A DNA stretch of 64,000 nt from Antedon mediterranea (Eukaryota; Animalia; Echinodermata). Shown here in pieces: positions 51,097 through 64,000 of the stretch; within the stretch, counting starts at the first letter, position 1; each line of letters opens with the position of its first letter. The stretch lies in contig NC_092674.1 in assembly GCF_964355755.1 (NCBI RefSeq), positions 11,780,001-11,844,000 of the forward strand, given 5' to 3'. The position numbers and the translations under genes were made by a program. The notes beneath the pieces were generated by a model. That model was not told where the DNA came from. It worked only from the letters and a program-made list of their open reading frames with translations, and did not search any database.

Positions 51097-52476
51097 CTAG
51101 TAGTAAAATAGAGAGACAACTTTATTTATGATTTTGTTTGACCTATAACAACATTAACTGTCTCTATATTAGTAATATAGTAATAACAACTGGTGGAAAT
51201 ACGTTTTACATAATGGTAACGGTATCGTTAAAAAAGACAAACATATTTCAACGAGTTAAAACGTAAAGCCTACAGTTTTCCATATAATCGCCACGATTTC
51301 ACAAATTGCTCTACAATTGTTAGTGTCGCCGACGCCGATTTGCCGCAGACAAAAAAAATCAACAAAGATGTATTGTAATTAGATACACAATGATATCTGT
51401 GCATTGAAATTTATATCATACAATCTAAAGTTATCGTAAAAGATGTTTCCAACTAAAGCAATCTGAAATTGTTGATATATAATAAATCCAATAGTTCGAA
51501 TGTCAATCATGTAGGCCAAAATTGTAAGTATCTACAACTCATTAGCTCTCATTTATTCTAAGGAGTATTATCCTTGTTTTTTGTTGTTTTTACAATATGA
51601 GCTCAATATTTTAAATTTGCAGTGAATAAAATTTATTGCATAGGGTATTAAAAAATCACACCGAAATTACACTGAGCTGTTGGAGAGTTCTGTAGTCCAT
51701 AATTGTTTTCCATAAGAGATTTCCTTACAGTTCTTTTTTTTTTCTTGCAACATTTAAAAATTATAGTTACATTGGACAACTCCGTCATTATGACTGATAA
51801 TACTTCTCCCAATGAAGTGGTTCACTACTTGGGGGTCAAAGCAAACATACCGGTACTTAAATGTATTTTAAGATCAGCATACGTTGTGTGCCAGATAACA
51901 TTATTTAATTCCACCTTATCAGCACTTATAAGAGTTAGTAAATAGACGAATAACACGAGCTAATAGCATGGTACTGTAATTCAGATGGTAAGTAAGTTCT
52001 AAGGCATATTTTAATTAAAAATTAATTAAAAAGACATTTATTTACGTCCAAAAGACACAAATTAAAAAAAAACAGTATTGACAAATTGAGATTATTGGAA
52101 AAATGGGTGAAGGCAGGATCCCCCCAAAAAATGAAAATTAATAATTGATAATATGAAAAATATAAATAATAAATAAATTAATTAAAAAAAATGATATTTA
52201 AAAATAATATATATACCAGTAGATAAAAGTTGAAAAACTAAAGTAAATCTGATGAGCTGATAGGAGGGCATAGTAACGAATAAGATGACGAAATTAATAA
52301 ATTATTCTAGCAAGTCACGGAACATGAAACAACAAACATATCGAACACATCGATTTAGTAACGAGATCAACAGTGATTTTTAAATTTTCTTGGAGAATGA
52401 GTAGCGGGTGGTAGTACAAGAAATTGAGGGGGTAATTTGTTATACATGATTGGCCCAGAATATCAAATACTATGTT

Positions 52477-53307
52477 AACAAGGCCAACAGCCATTAAGTC
52501 GCGTGCTATAATGCATAGTGATACCGGACCGCCAGACAGACCGACAGACCGACAGACAGACCGACAGACAGACCGACAGACCGACAGACAGACAGACCGA
52601 CCGACCGACATAGTGAACTATACTGACCGAAATTACTGAACATGTTTAAAAACATTAATATTTTTTTAATTTACACGTGCGTAGCCTGTCACTTTCGACG
52701 TGCTCGTATAACGTAATTTCGAGTTGAAAAGTAAGTCAAGAAAACAGAAATCGGGCAAAAAGAGTGCGCAATAACATTTAACGCGCAGTGCGCGCGCAAA
52801 AATATGCGCACTCATGGCAATTTTGTAAACGCTTAAAATTGCCTGAAATGTACTCTTATTTCATCGAAAATAAATTTTGAAAATTTTAAGTGCGCGTACG
52901 CATGCGTTACATGCGCCACGCACGTAATTGTATTGCCATATGATGATTTATGCCCTGAAATTTATGAGTACCAAATTTTATTTAATTGTGATTCATGGTT
53001 GTGAAGATATGATTACAAACGTGATTTCGTTAAATCGTGCGTAGACCGCGTAATTTTTTATTGCGCACCGTGAAAACATAACCACATTGATTCCTGGCCA
53101 TAAGGAATATACTGTGAAAAATTGACCTAGCTAGATTAAACTGATATCAAGATAAGGTCAGAAAGGAATAAAACGCATAGTGATACTGGACCGACAGACA
53201 GACAGACAGACAGACAGACCGACAGACAGACCGACAGACAGACCAACAGACAGACCGACCAACCGACCGACATAGTGAACTATAGAGTCGCTTCCACGCG
53301 ATTAAAA
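52477..53307 (-). mobile_element. DINE-1/HINE/pearl-like element with two (GACA/GACC)n blocks
   Basis: aacaaggcc...gtcgcgtg, a duplicated tgataccggaccgacagac...catagtgaacta module, and a terminal hairpin gtcgcttccacgcga. Nearly identical in inverted orientation to 63513-64000. Confidence 0.75.
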
Positions 53308-53309
53308 TA

Positions 53310-54770
53310 GGTTGGTGTTGTGGATGAGAATTATGGTTTTCTTTTTAGTGTCATATTTATGAACGGTATTATTGGGAGCGAATAGGTAGTTAGGATGGCA
53401 TGGGAGAATGACTAAGTAGCCGAAAAAACAAAAACGCCTTTCCCGGGATAGGTGAATGTCCGTGAGTCTGGAAAATAAATGGGAGGAATGTGACAGTGGA
53501 TGAGCGCCAGTTTTAGTCCTGATAGCTTTTTTGTAGAATAGAAAGTTTATTGATGTTTGTTAGGTAAGTATTGGCCCAGACAATATTACCATAGCTCATG
53601 TAAGGAAGGATGAGAGTTCAATATAGGGTTTTGAGAATACTAGTTGGATTCTTTGTTGTCAGTTTCTTAGATATGGGGTGTCAATGGTAACGCCAAGAAA
53701 TATAATAGTCTTTACAGAGGAGATTTCACGATTATAAATAAAGATAAAGAAGTGGGGACACATCAATACCTCTAGTCAACTGGGGGGTTCCAATTTTTTG
53801 ATTGAGGGAGAGCTAGTTTGTCAGCAGCAAAGTACTGGGACAATGGATAACGTTGGTAATAAAGGTGTCAAAAAGAGTTTGAATATTTTTAATGGCATGC
53901 AAAACTGTAGTGTCATCAGCATAATGAAACAAATTTAGAATTTTGAGGTACGGTGGACAACATTAATGTAAATGGTGAAGAGGAGAGGGCCAAGTAAAAA
54001 GCTCTGGGAGACGCCAACAATTGGAAATAGAGTTAAAATACTTAGTGAATTGGGAGCGGTAAGTGAGATAGCTTTTTAAAACGTTTAATGCGGGCCCTCG
54101 GATTCCATAATGAGAAAATTTAAACAGTATAATAATTATTATGGTCAATGGTTTTGAAAGCCTTGAAAAAGTCCGTTTCCACATTGACGAAATTCGAATG
54201 CGTGAATAATTTTGTTAGTAAGATTGGTCAATGAAAATGTATCATAAATAACTCCTTCCAAGGCGTTCGAGAATATTGACAGGATGGAAATAGGACCATG
54301 GGGCCATATTTGTAAATAGGGGTAACGCGCGCCATCTTCAACTTATTTGAAAAAACATCTTTGCAGAGGAAAAGATTAAAAAATGTGACACAAGGGAAGG
54401 GTTGATAACATGTCTAATGGGATTAGTATGGAAATCATCTGTACCAGGAGCTTTAGGACGGGAGTTACGAACATTGATTTTCGATTTGATTGAGGAAGAA
54501 AGTCATTGCTGAGGGGATTTTTTTTAAATCAAGACTTACTTGTTTTCCAGGTAGATTTAATATATTTTTTTTGCTTGGTGAAAATATTATGGGAGGCATA
54601 TTTGATAGCGAAGTTAAGTTTATTACGGTATTGCTTATATTTAATTTCATTGGCAGGAGATGGGCGGTGAAGAAATTGATTTGAATTGGGTCGAAAGATA
54701 ATTAAAACACGTCGAATCAATTCAGAAAATAACATTATTAATGCTGTCGACAATTCGTGATTTATTGATT
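53310..54770 (-). pseudogene. Highly degenerate CR1/L2-group LINE RT fragment
   Basis: Remnants of PISILSIFS, FSHYGIRGPALNVLKSYLTYRSQ, HYADDTT, FLGVTID and HYGNIVWAN, with many disruptions. Confidence 0.75.
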
Positions 54771-56681
54771 ACAAAACAACTTCAAAGTCTTTCTTATAGA
54801 GTTATTGTGGTCTATCGGATTTACATTGTGGTTTTGCTTTGGACGCAGAACAAAGACCGAATCGATATGTTTTGAACCGATTTTGAGAAGGACCAATAAT
54901 GACTTACAAAGACACAAGAAACTTTGTCGAACAAGTACACAACTTCACATAATTTGAACTTTCCTGTACATAAATGATATTCAGTGTAGGCCTGCTACTA
55001 TTAATTTTAATAATGTAAACTTCTAACTCTAATCTTTGTAGACAACATATTATAAAGATTATGACATTATTTCGACATCTTAAAAGCATATTGTATGACC
55101 AATTCATTCACAATAATAATGATAACATCTAATAAGTAGCCTAAATGATATGTAGTTTTTCGGAACTTTTATTTAAACCGACAACCACGATTTATTTCAA
55201 TTCAATTGTTTAACATTACCCTGCCCTTCATACCCAATATTTGGTAATATAGAATTTCATATGTATCACATGTGGTGCCTGTATCATGTAAAGTTTAGGT
55301 TATGGTATATAATAACTGGAAATACATATTACTATGATATTGGACAAATCTAGATACAGTACCGATAATCAGGTGCACTTCATGTAAACGGTCGATTAAT
55401 GTTGTAATGAGGCCAATGTTGCCTTGTGGTACGTACGCCTGAGCTTGTATTTCAAACCTTAGATAAATCTCCGTGTTTAAACATAACATTGGTATACTTC
55501 CTGTAGGCTAGCCCTATTATTTTATTATTGGTTTGGAAAAAAGAATATTTTCAATATACCTATAGCCCTATTTTAGTTCATTAATAACTTAAGCCTTATT
55601 GTACTTACGGAATGTAAACGCCCATAGCAACTCATTTAGGATATTTCGTATTATTGTGTTAGATGGCGGCAATGCAGTATATGATGCTTCTTACTTTCGT
55701 CGGTAGCATAAAAGGCCATGTAGAAAAAGAAGTATGGTCTTACTTCAGTCAAGTTATATATTACTATACGTTGAAGAACACAGATGTACTTACGCAATGT
55801 TGAATTGAACTATACGAATTCATCATTCGTGCTGTGCCATATCATTATATAAACAGATAAAGTTATAGATAAGATGGGGATGTATATCAGTATGCCTATC
55901 CAATGATACTTCAGAATATTTGCGAATGTTATCACACCCTTGAATTGCCAACGAGTCTGTGAAACAATATTAATCATTTACTAATACAATTACTCAGTTA
56001 CTACACGGTGCGTCAAGAATTCCAAATAAATCTGTTTAACAGATTCAGCCAAATTAACCGAGTGAGTCGCCCGATAAGTTGACCAAGTTCAACAACACTG
56101 TTCTACTGTGTAATTCCCTCGGAGTTGAATTAACCAATTTGTAATAATCTGTATATTTTGTGAACTTCTTGGTGTGTCTAGGAAATTAGGACGGGCTAAC
56201 AATATTAAACACAACATTCCATTAACACGTATAGCTTTTAACTCCCGAACCTTCCAACACTCCTAACACAAAGGAAATCTCAATAGAGCCTATATAAATA
56301 AATAAATAGAGAACAGAAAACATACAAATAGTGATCTGTAAGATGTTTATAATCAATGCGTTGTTTAATAACAACAATGCCCGCCTTGGTAATATATTTA
56401 TAGATTTCTTTTAATAGCGCCCTCCTAGTTTAATGTGTTTTTGTATAGCACCCTCTTTAGTTTGGATAAGCTTTTTTACAAAACCTCTTGATATTTCAAT
56501 TTTCCGATTTGGTCTGTTATGTTTAAATTTTGGTAAAACGTTTGTAAAAACTAAATTGTTCATGTGCGAGCAATCGTAAAATTTAACAATTACCGGGGGT
56601 TACCTTGGTAAAATGTACTTGAACTAAACACAGATTACTGCATGAAAAAAGAAAGTTAAAATAAAAGTAAAGTTTTATTAA

Positions 56682-57118
56682 AGATGTATTTTCCCTTGAA
56701 ACACAAAAAATTAAGGTCAAAATATTCTAAATTTAAATTGGTCAAAGTAATATTAAAGTTATTCACTTTAAGTCGAAAATTCAAGCCAAAAACAACAAGT
56801 TTACGTAATTAACAGGTAAATTAATTTGATTACATTTCGTCTGGAAAATCGTCGCGAGTGAAAGTAAACAAAGATTTCAAACCACGAGAATGCATTATAC
56901 ATGATGCTAATTAGGATTTTTTACAACTCGTCACGATTGAGAAGGTGTTTTCACACAGATCGCGAGAAAGTTTTATGATTATGCATACAGAGTATGTTTT
57001 GATCGATTGACTAATTTTTCGGTAAAGTTAACAACTATTATTATACTTCAAAGTGATCGACTTTTTTTCGAAATTTTTTATTTTTTTTTTTGGAATTAGT
57101 CAAAAGGACAATACATCT
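56682..57118. mobile_element. TTAA-flanked MITE (Kolobok-like)
   Basis: TTAA|AGATGTATTTTCC ... GGACAATACATCT|TTAA. Confidence 0.7.
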
Positions 57119-58916
57119 TTAAGTTAGATTGGTATACACTGTTGTGCTATTGCTAAATAATATTTTCGAAAAAGAAATTATATGTATAGAATTAAGATAC
57201 ACATTGAGAAATGTTAAGCTATTAATTTTCATGATATTATGTTTTTTTTAAACTAAAAAAGGTGATTAATGAAGTAATAATACACCTGGAGAGTAAGCAA
57301 TGAATTTAGAATAATGAACTATTATACTAGCAAGTGTAGAGAAACATTTTTGAAAAAAAAACAAATACAATTTAATATAATTATTGAGTAATGTTGTTAG
57401 AATAGAAACGAGAAAATAAAAATAAGAAAATGTATTAAGAATTATAGTTAGATGCTAGTAGTTTACTAACCGGATTTTATATATTATAACAGAATTTTAC
57501 ACAGATTTACCATTTTAATGCTGTTTTCTTCCTTAATATTTTATCTATTGTGCCAGGTATTAACAGCACACTGCAATTAAAAAACAAACTTCAAAATATT
57601 TCTTCACATTGAGTTTTAATAGAACAAAAATCCAATTCTTTCCTTAATAGTAACTATACATAGATTTAATTAAGATTTTAAATAATAATGTACACCAAGA
57701 ATGATTTGTCAACTTCCCACATGTCTGAAATCTAAGCATATTATTGCTAACCCCCTATCACAGTCAAATACTATTTGTCTCGATTCCACTGCGTATTTAC
57801 TAGGTAAGAGCGAAATATCTTCCCTGGTAGGCCAGTATTATAGTCCAAGCTATTTTTTAAACGTTTAACAACTAAACTTGTTTTTAATTAATTAATTAAT
57901 TGTTATTAATTGTTTAAAAGTCTCCAATAATAAGCAGGCACAATAAAATTATTTTCAATGGCTAAATTGTTACAAAGTTATAATGATACAAATAAAAACG
58001 AAAGTATTTTTACAAACTTGAGCCTGATGATTTGGAGTAAGATAAGTCCGAATTGGTTAATTTTCTATGTGAGGGAGACATTGTGTTACACCAGGTCATA
58101 AAATTTAATACTAATCAGGAAAATTAATATCTTTGCACCCCTGACCAAAGGACCATGTTAGGCTGACATTATTTGAAAAAAATAGAAATATCTATATATC
58201 TAGAAATATATAGAAAACACTAACCACTTTTCTATACATTCCGAGTTAGTTCTCGAAACTTTAGATTACTGATTATGAACGCACACGAAATTATTTAATT
58301 ATTCCAAAAGCATATTTTACTTTATAATGGTGCTAAGATATTAAATATTGTGCAATTAGTACGTTCTAAGTGTTATAAACATTTTTTAGACTTTATAACG
58401 GTTATCATAGAATGTTGTGCAATTTATACATTTTTTTTTACATATTAAAATTCCATGAATTTTCTTATTGACCAAGTTTGATTGAAATCAGTCCAATCGT
58501 TATAATGAGGAGACTTTTACTCCAATGACCAATAACTAATCTTTATCATTTAAAATTCTCACAAAATATGATCTGGTTTAACATCACTGGGGAAATGACA
58601 ATGTTATTACAATGGTATTATGTATATTAAAATTCCATGAATTTTCTTATTGACCAAGTTTGATTGAAATCAGTCCAATCGTTATCAATTATAACTACTA
58701 CCGTAGTCGTTAGAGATGATCCTCTTATTCTAACCTTTCCTTATTTAGTATATGAGAAATGGAAATAAGTCATATGACAGTACATTATTTTTGGTATGGC
58801 ACCCATCTACTAAAAAATCCGGACATTCAATAAATAATTATTTACCATTATCCGTGGTTGGCAGGACCGTAGCAGGCCTATTCCCCAAAACATGGGAGTT
58901 GATCACCAGGTAAAAC

Positions 58917-59324
58917 CAAAGAACTTATAACACAAGAATCTCCTGTTCTTCAATTTGCATTCAAAACACAGTATCGGAAGTACAGGGTTAAAAGGTCAAA
59001 CTGGGCGACGCCATTTCACAGCATGGAGCAGCGCCCCCTCCAAACTAGGAAGTCAATTACTCTACCCCCTAGAGTATTAGCAGATCCCCTCTATGATTTT
59101 GACTTTCTAATTTGATGCGGGCGCCCTACTCCTCAGTCAATTACTCTATCCCCCCTAGAGCATTAGCAGATCCCCTCTATGATTTTGACTTTCTAATTTG
59201 ATGCGGGCGCCCTACTCCATGGCTCACAATGGCGTCACCCATAGCTCTATTCTATCCCACAATGCCTTTCGAAATTGTTACGCGCTTCGGACGAACAGGA
59301 GATTCTTGTGTTATAAGTTCTTTG
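58917..59324. mobile_element. P-element-like MITE with a 32-bp perfect TIR and a 7-bp TSD
   Basis: GTAAAAC|CAAAGAACTTATAACACAAGAATCTCCTGTTC ... GAACAGGAGATTCTTGTGTTATAAGTTCTTTG|GTAAAAC, with an internal ~83-bp tandem duplication. Confidence 0.8.
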
Positions 59325-59377
59325 GTAAAACCAAGCAAAAACAATAATTTTTCAGTTTCAGTTGAGTAAGTAAAGTA

Positions 59378-59522
59378 ATACGCTAGAAATGGTTAATGTA
59401 TACACGTCAAATGCAAAGGAATACGTTGGAAATGGTTGATGTACACACAGCATACAAAGTATACGTTGGAAATGGTCGATGTACACACGTCACATACAAA
59501 GTATACGTTGGAAATGGTTGAT
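59378..59522. repeat. Minisatellite, ~41-bp unit, about 3.5 copies
   Basis: Repeated atacgttggaaatggttgatgtacacac. Confidence 0.8.
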
Positions 59523-61059
59523 TTTAACAAATAATGAAGTAGGCCTACGAATAATAATGCATTTTTAATTACGATACCATCTCTATCATATATTGACTGA
59601 ATTAAAATATTAAGTCAATTGTTTTTATTATTGATGAAAGAATCCGTTTTATAGATTATACTGCATTACTGCTAGGCTATTACTACTAAGCCACTATGCT
59701 AAGGACCTCCATGTGTAAAGTTGAATTTGTTTTCCTCGCTGTCAGACTTACTTGTGGAGCATTTAAGACGACAACCACCAAATACATAGGAAATAAATGC
59801 AAATTCACAATTTACAATACGCTCCAAAAGAAGCAGGTCACTTACATTAAACATACAGGCCAGAAAATAAAGGTAGTCACATCTTAACATTTTGATCAAA
59901 ATAATATTCAGTCCCGGATGTGCCCTTTTCTTGTGGGACCTCTCCCCTATCTCTCATGTCTAGATCCGCCCCAGACATGCAGAAGAAGATGAGACACGTA
60001 AAAAAACAATTTCGTCAAACTTGAATAATGGTAATACTTTGGTAATATAAAGCTGAATGTAACGTTTTATTTTAATCATGATCTTCCCGTCGTAAAATTA
60101 CGTGCGTTACGTGTAAGTCTTTTAGCTGCGCCCAGTTGAAATCGTGTCGCAAATGATCAAATACACCGCGCGGCATATAGCGACGATGAGGTCTCGGTAT
60201 TATTTCTTTCGATATGTATCCATCTATTCATTAATCCATGAACAAATAAAGGAATGTTTGAGACTATGCAAAACAGTATTTAACGGATACCGGAATTCAA
60301 CAGTAAGACGTAGTGTGTTAAAAATCGGATTCTCCGCCATGATGTCGATACATAAAAAATGAAATATTAAGGCTCACTTATGAAAATCCCCACCCACCCG
60401 AAAAACCCACGTTGTGTTGCTTTAAATTACAATTTTGTTCAAGTACAAACAATTTTTTTAAATTCAAATTTGTGGTCAAATAAAAATTCATTATCTACCA
60501 CCATAAAAGTCTTTCAAAATATAACAGAAAAACAACAAAATTTTCCATTTGTCTTACATTGTTTTAGTTTATAAGAGTGGATGTGAGTCCACAATTATTA
60601 GACCTCTCCTTTCAAAATGGTCCACAAACATATAACTATTCTAGGCCTACTTTAATATTAAAGAAATAATGTAGGCAATTTCTATAAAACATGATCTAAC
60701 ATGGCATTCACTCGCACATCCGTTCTTTATAAAGAAAAACTGCAATTATATAGTTTTAATAACATCAATTTCATTTAAATACTTTAACTTAGAATATTTA
60801 TATTTTGGAAATACATATAAGCCTCTTGGATTATTAAGTCGACTATCGCTACTTTGCTTTGATGACAATGGAAAAACATTAATCTAGAAGAAGCAATTCC
60901 GTTTTCGATTTTGTTTTTCTTTGATTACTATATTTCAATCTTTTAAAATAAACCAAATCGCTTAACATAATTGTTAATAGTTATATTTTTTTAGTATCAG
61001 TTCATTGATGATTAAAACAAGAATAAATAATATGCATATTTTAACATTACAATTAACAT

Positions 61060-62045
61060 TGTCATTTATATAGCGCCATTACATTAATCAAAGACCTTTA
61101 CAATGACTGATCATCTGGTGAATATTGCTTATTGGAAAAAAGCTTTTAAATTTGTTTTAAAATGTGTCACTGTGTCACTGCGTATTGTTTTAGTATTTTT
61201 CACATGGTAGGAGGTAGATTTGAAAACAAACATAAAGTTTAGTAACATACCTAAGACCAGTACGTTTACAATATTGCACTTACTGACTAGTTCACACATT
61301 AGACAGGCGCAATGCCATTTACACAATGATAAATTAAATCAAAAGTTTACTCTTTGCTCAACTGGCGGACTAATGTTGTAGGAGTCCCCCATGGTACACC
61401 GAATACTAATCTTGCAGAACTATTTTGAAGTTTTTTAATCGACTGATATTTTCTTTGGACACTCTGACAATGAGTGAATTGCAGTTAAAACAAAAGAACA
61501 GCTCATGAAGGCACACTGAGTTCCGTAATATTAAAACGTTCCTAAAAAAGTTTACAAACAGATTTGGTAGAATTTAAAGGAAACCCACCCAAATATCAAT
61601 GTTTGGCTGGTCAAATTTACACCTCGGTGGTTATAAAATAAGTAATTCAGTTTTAGAGTCGTTTAATTTTAACTTATTAAGGCACATCCTTTTGCTAACG
61701 TCGTCGATACCATTATTCAGCCTACTAAAAGCTTCGTTAAGATCACATAGTTTTCTAGGATCACATATGTGTATCATCCGCATACAAATAATATAAGAGA
61801 CATTTAAAACATGTATTATGTCTGAAATTGGTTTGGTGTATGCAGTAAATAATGATGAACTTAAGGTTGATCCTTGAGTCACACATCATACATATTATCT
61901 AACATAATACATTTATACTCCGATCTCAGAATTCTTTATAATATCGTTTAACAACATATGCTTCGAACTATTTGAGGGCTTTGTCGACAATTGTTTCTTA
62001 TTCTATTTACAATGGGTTATGATCTACAGGTTCAAACGCTGTTGT
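61060..62045 (-). pseudogene. Highly degenerate L2-clade LINE RT fragment
   Basis: TAFEPVDH, VTQGSTLSSSLF, Y-ADDT (frameshifted), NKLKLNDSKTELL and FKTNLKAFF. Confidence 0.7.
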
Positions 62046-62253
62046 ATAATAAAACTCAACACCAAACATACTTTTCTTCGGTGCAGTTTAAATATTGATT
62101 ATCGATATTAAAATTACATTCACAATGTTACATTAGTTTGTCTAGTGGTAAAAATAATAATAACAAGTAGTGCATAATAACAAAAGTGAAGTTGTGGATG
62201 GTGCTAGTGAAATATCAATGAATAGATCCTCGACACGTATCCACCGACAATAA

Positions 62254-62325
62254 TCACACGTGGCCTGTTATAAACGTCGTTTGGCGATCAGACAACGCAT
62301 CGGTTCTGCGAATCACATTTTCTTC
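62254..62325 (-). CDS. Adhesion-type GPCR, probable terminal coding exon
   Basis: ttgcttacag|EENVIRRTDALSDRQTTFITGHV*; phase 0 is consistent with the previous exon. Confidence 0.55.
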   Translation of the reverse strand, partial: EENVIRRTDALSDRQTTFITGHV

Positions 62326-62442
62326 CTGTAAGCAAAACAAGGATTTATTTATATATTTTAAACTATGTAGATGTAAAATGGGGGAATAACATGTGACTTG
62401 CATCCTACTGGGCTGAATTCCGCACAGATGTGGACGACACAT

Positions 62443-62630
62443 ACAATAAAGGTCCCTTCGTGTCGAGTGCTGCCATCAATCGGCGCCCGCTCGTCTGCCC
62501 ACAACGACAGGAGCTGCATGGACCAGTACACCGGGGTAACCCCCTACTCTTTCTAAAGAAGTACTGGTTTCTTTAAAGTTCGCACGAGCCATATGTGTAC
62601 ACTGGGCCTCCAGTTTTAAGTTCTTATGCT
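62443..62630 (-). mobile_element. SINE fragment with a Deu-domain-like core
   Basis: The reverse complement contains ttaaagaaaccagtacttctttagaaagagtagggggttaccccggtgt, which resembles the DeuSINE central domain as recalled from memory. Confidence 0.55.
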
Positions 62631-62854
62631 TTGTGTCGGCCCTGCCCTGTTTTAAAAAATATATTCCATTTCGAATCGAATTAAATTGGTAGACCTACAG
62701 TATTAGGTAACACTCAGTAACTGTTACTAGTATTTATTTTAACATCACGTTAATGCTCATCTGGGACACGTTCGTTATTGTGTGGTGGATTATTTATATC
62801 TGTACATTCTTTTAACCAATACATACAACGAAGATACAATTGTTTAGTATTTAC

Positions 62855-62926
62855 CTGATTACTGATGTTTACTCGATTCTTGCCCGGAGTGTGTTTTGCA
62901 ATCAGCTTCATTAGTGGATCTATAAT
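62855..62926 (-). CDS. Adhesion-type GPCR, cytoplasmic tail exon
   Basis: ttttttag|IIDPLMKLIAKHTPGKNRVNISNQ|gtaaat; 72 nt, phase 0/0. Confidence 0.65.
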
Positions 62927-63091
62927 CTAAAAAAAAGAAGGTTAAATTTATATTAAGGCCCATTTAGTAGATGAAAATATATAGTACTTTCATGAGTCCA
63001 ATAACATTTCGCCATGATCATCAATAAGAACAATTAAGTCGGTTTTTTGCTACATACATTTTCAGTAAAATAACTACGAATTCTAAAATAC

Positions 63092-63260
63092 CTGGTTATC
63101 CAGAAGACAGCAAACCACAAACAGAAATATCCCCTGTAACGAGTTGAGTATATTGAAGAGATATACCATCACACTGGTTGTTGAGTCGATGTTTAAAACT
63201 CCGATTATCCATGTAACACCAAGAATTGGAAGAAGAACAAAGCTTCCTCTAACGGCATTC
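63092..63260 (-). CDS. Adhesion/secretin-class GPCR exon encoding TM6-TM7 (absent from the ORF track)
   Basis: cattttag|g NAVRGSFVLLPILGVTWIIGVL...VYLFNILNSLQGIFLFVVCCLLDNQ|gtatt, with the 7tm_2 signatures LLPxLGxTW and NSLQG. Confidence 0.88.
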
Positions 63261-63512
63261 CTAAAATGAAAAACCGCATATAAAAAAGATGATGGGGCCC
63301 GTTCAGGCTTATTTATTTATCCAAACAAACATTACCGGTGTAAACAAAGTAGTAAAGACACACGAACAAAAAAATAAAACTTTCTTTCTTTTGATGCCGT
63401 TCTTTCTTCCGGTTTGCTCTCAATCTTTTAAGCTATTTCATCTTACAATGTGATTTTATTCATTTTATTATATTTATTCCAATGACTTGGAATTTTTACC
63501 AACCAAACAAAC

Positions 63513-63597
63513 TTTTTAGTCGCGTGGAAGCGACTCTATAGTTCACTATGTCGGTCGGTCAGTCGGTCTGTCTGTCTGTCTGTCAGTCTGTCTGTCG

Positions 63598-63628
<31 letters not shown>

Positions 63629-64000
63629 GGTCCGGTATCACTATGCGTTTTATTCCTTTATGACCTTATCTTGATATCAGTTTAATCTAGCTAAGTCAAT
63701 TTTTCACAGAATATTCCTTATGGCCAGGAATCGATGTGGTTATGTTTTCACGGTGCGCAATAAAAAATTACACGGTCTACGCACGATTTAACAAAATCAC
63801 GTTTGTAATCATATCTTAACAACCATGAATCACAATTAAATAAAATTTGGTACTCATAAATTTCAGGGCATAAATCATCATATGGCAATACAATTACGTG
63901 CGTAGTGCATGTAACGCATGTGTACGCGCGCTTAAAATTTTCAAAATTTATTTTCGATGAAATAAGAGTACGTTTCAGGCAATTTTAAGCGTTTACAAAA
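63513..64000 (+). mobile_element. DINE-1/HINE/pearl-like element (runs off the window end)
   Basis: tttttagtcgcgtggaagcgactctata followed by (GTCT/GTCG)n; an inverted near-copy of 52820-53307. Confidence 0.75.

Overview
This is an AT-rich animal genomic window with GT-AG introns, probably from a marine invertebrate deuterostome (it carries a Deu-domain-like SINE and a sialyltransferase gene). Three host genes lie on the minus strand: the large catalytic exon of a galactose-3-O-sulfotransferase (GAL3ST family), four exons of an ST6GalNAc3/4/5/6-type sialyltransferase with an unusually long basic C-terminal tail, and the last three exons of an adhesion-type GPCR. Most of the rest is nested mobile DNA: CR1/L2 and Tx1/L1 LINE remnants, Penelope-like elements (PLEs) of two kinds carrying six minimal hammerhead ribozyme motifs, non-autonomous Helitrons (nested and in tandem), and several TIR elements with readable target-site duplications (TSDs). 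The most striking unexplained structure is a ~365-bp unit containing a 72-nt tRNA cloverleaf with the atypical anticodon AUC. It forms head-to-tail and inverted arrays at two loci, always inside (TA)n tracts and next to PLEs, and it shares short 3' motifs and a hairpin with a neighbouring Neptune-type PLE tail. It is a candidate tRNA-driven, PLE-mobilised tandem element. All calls were made by eye, and family assignments need HMM or Repbase confirmation.
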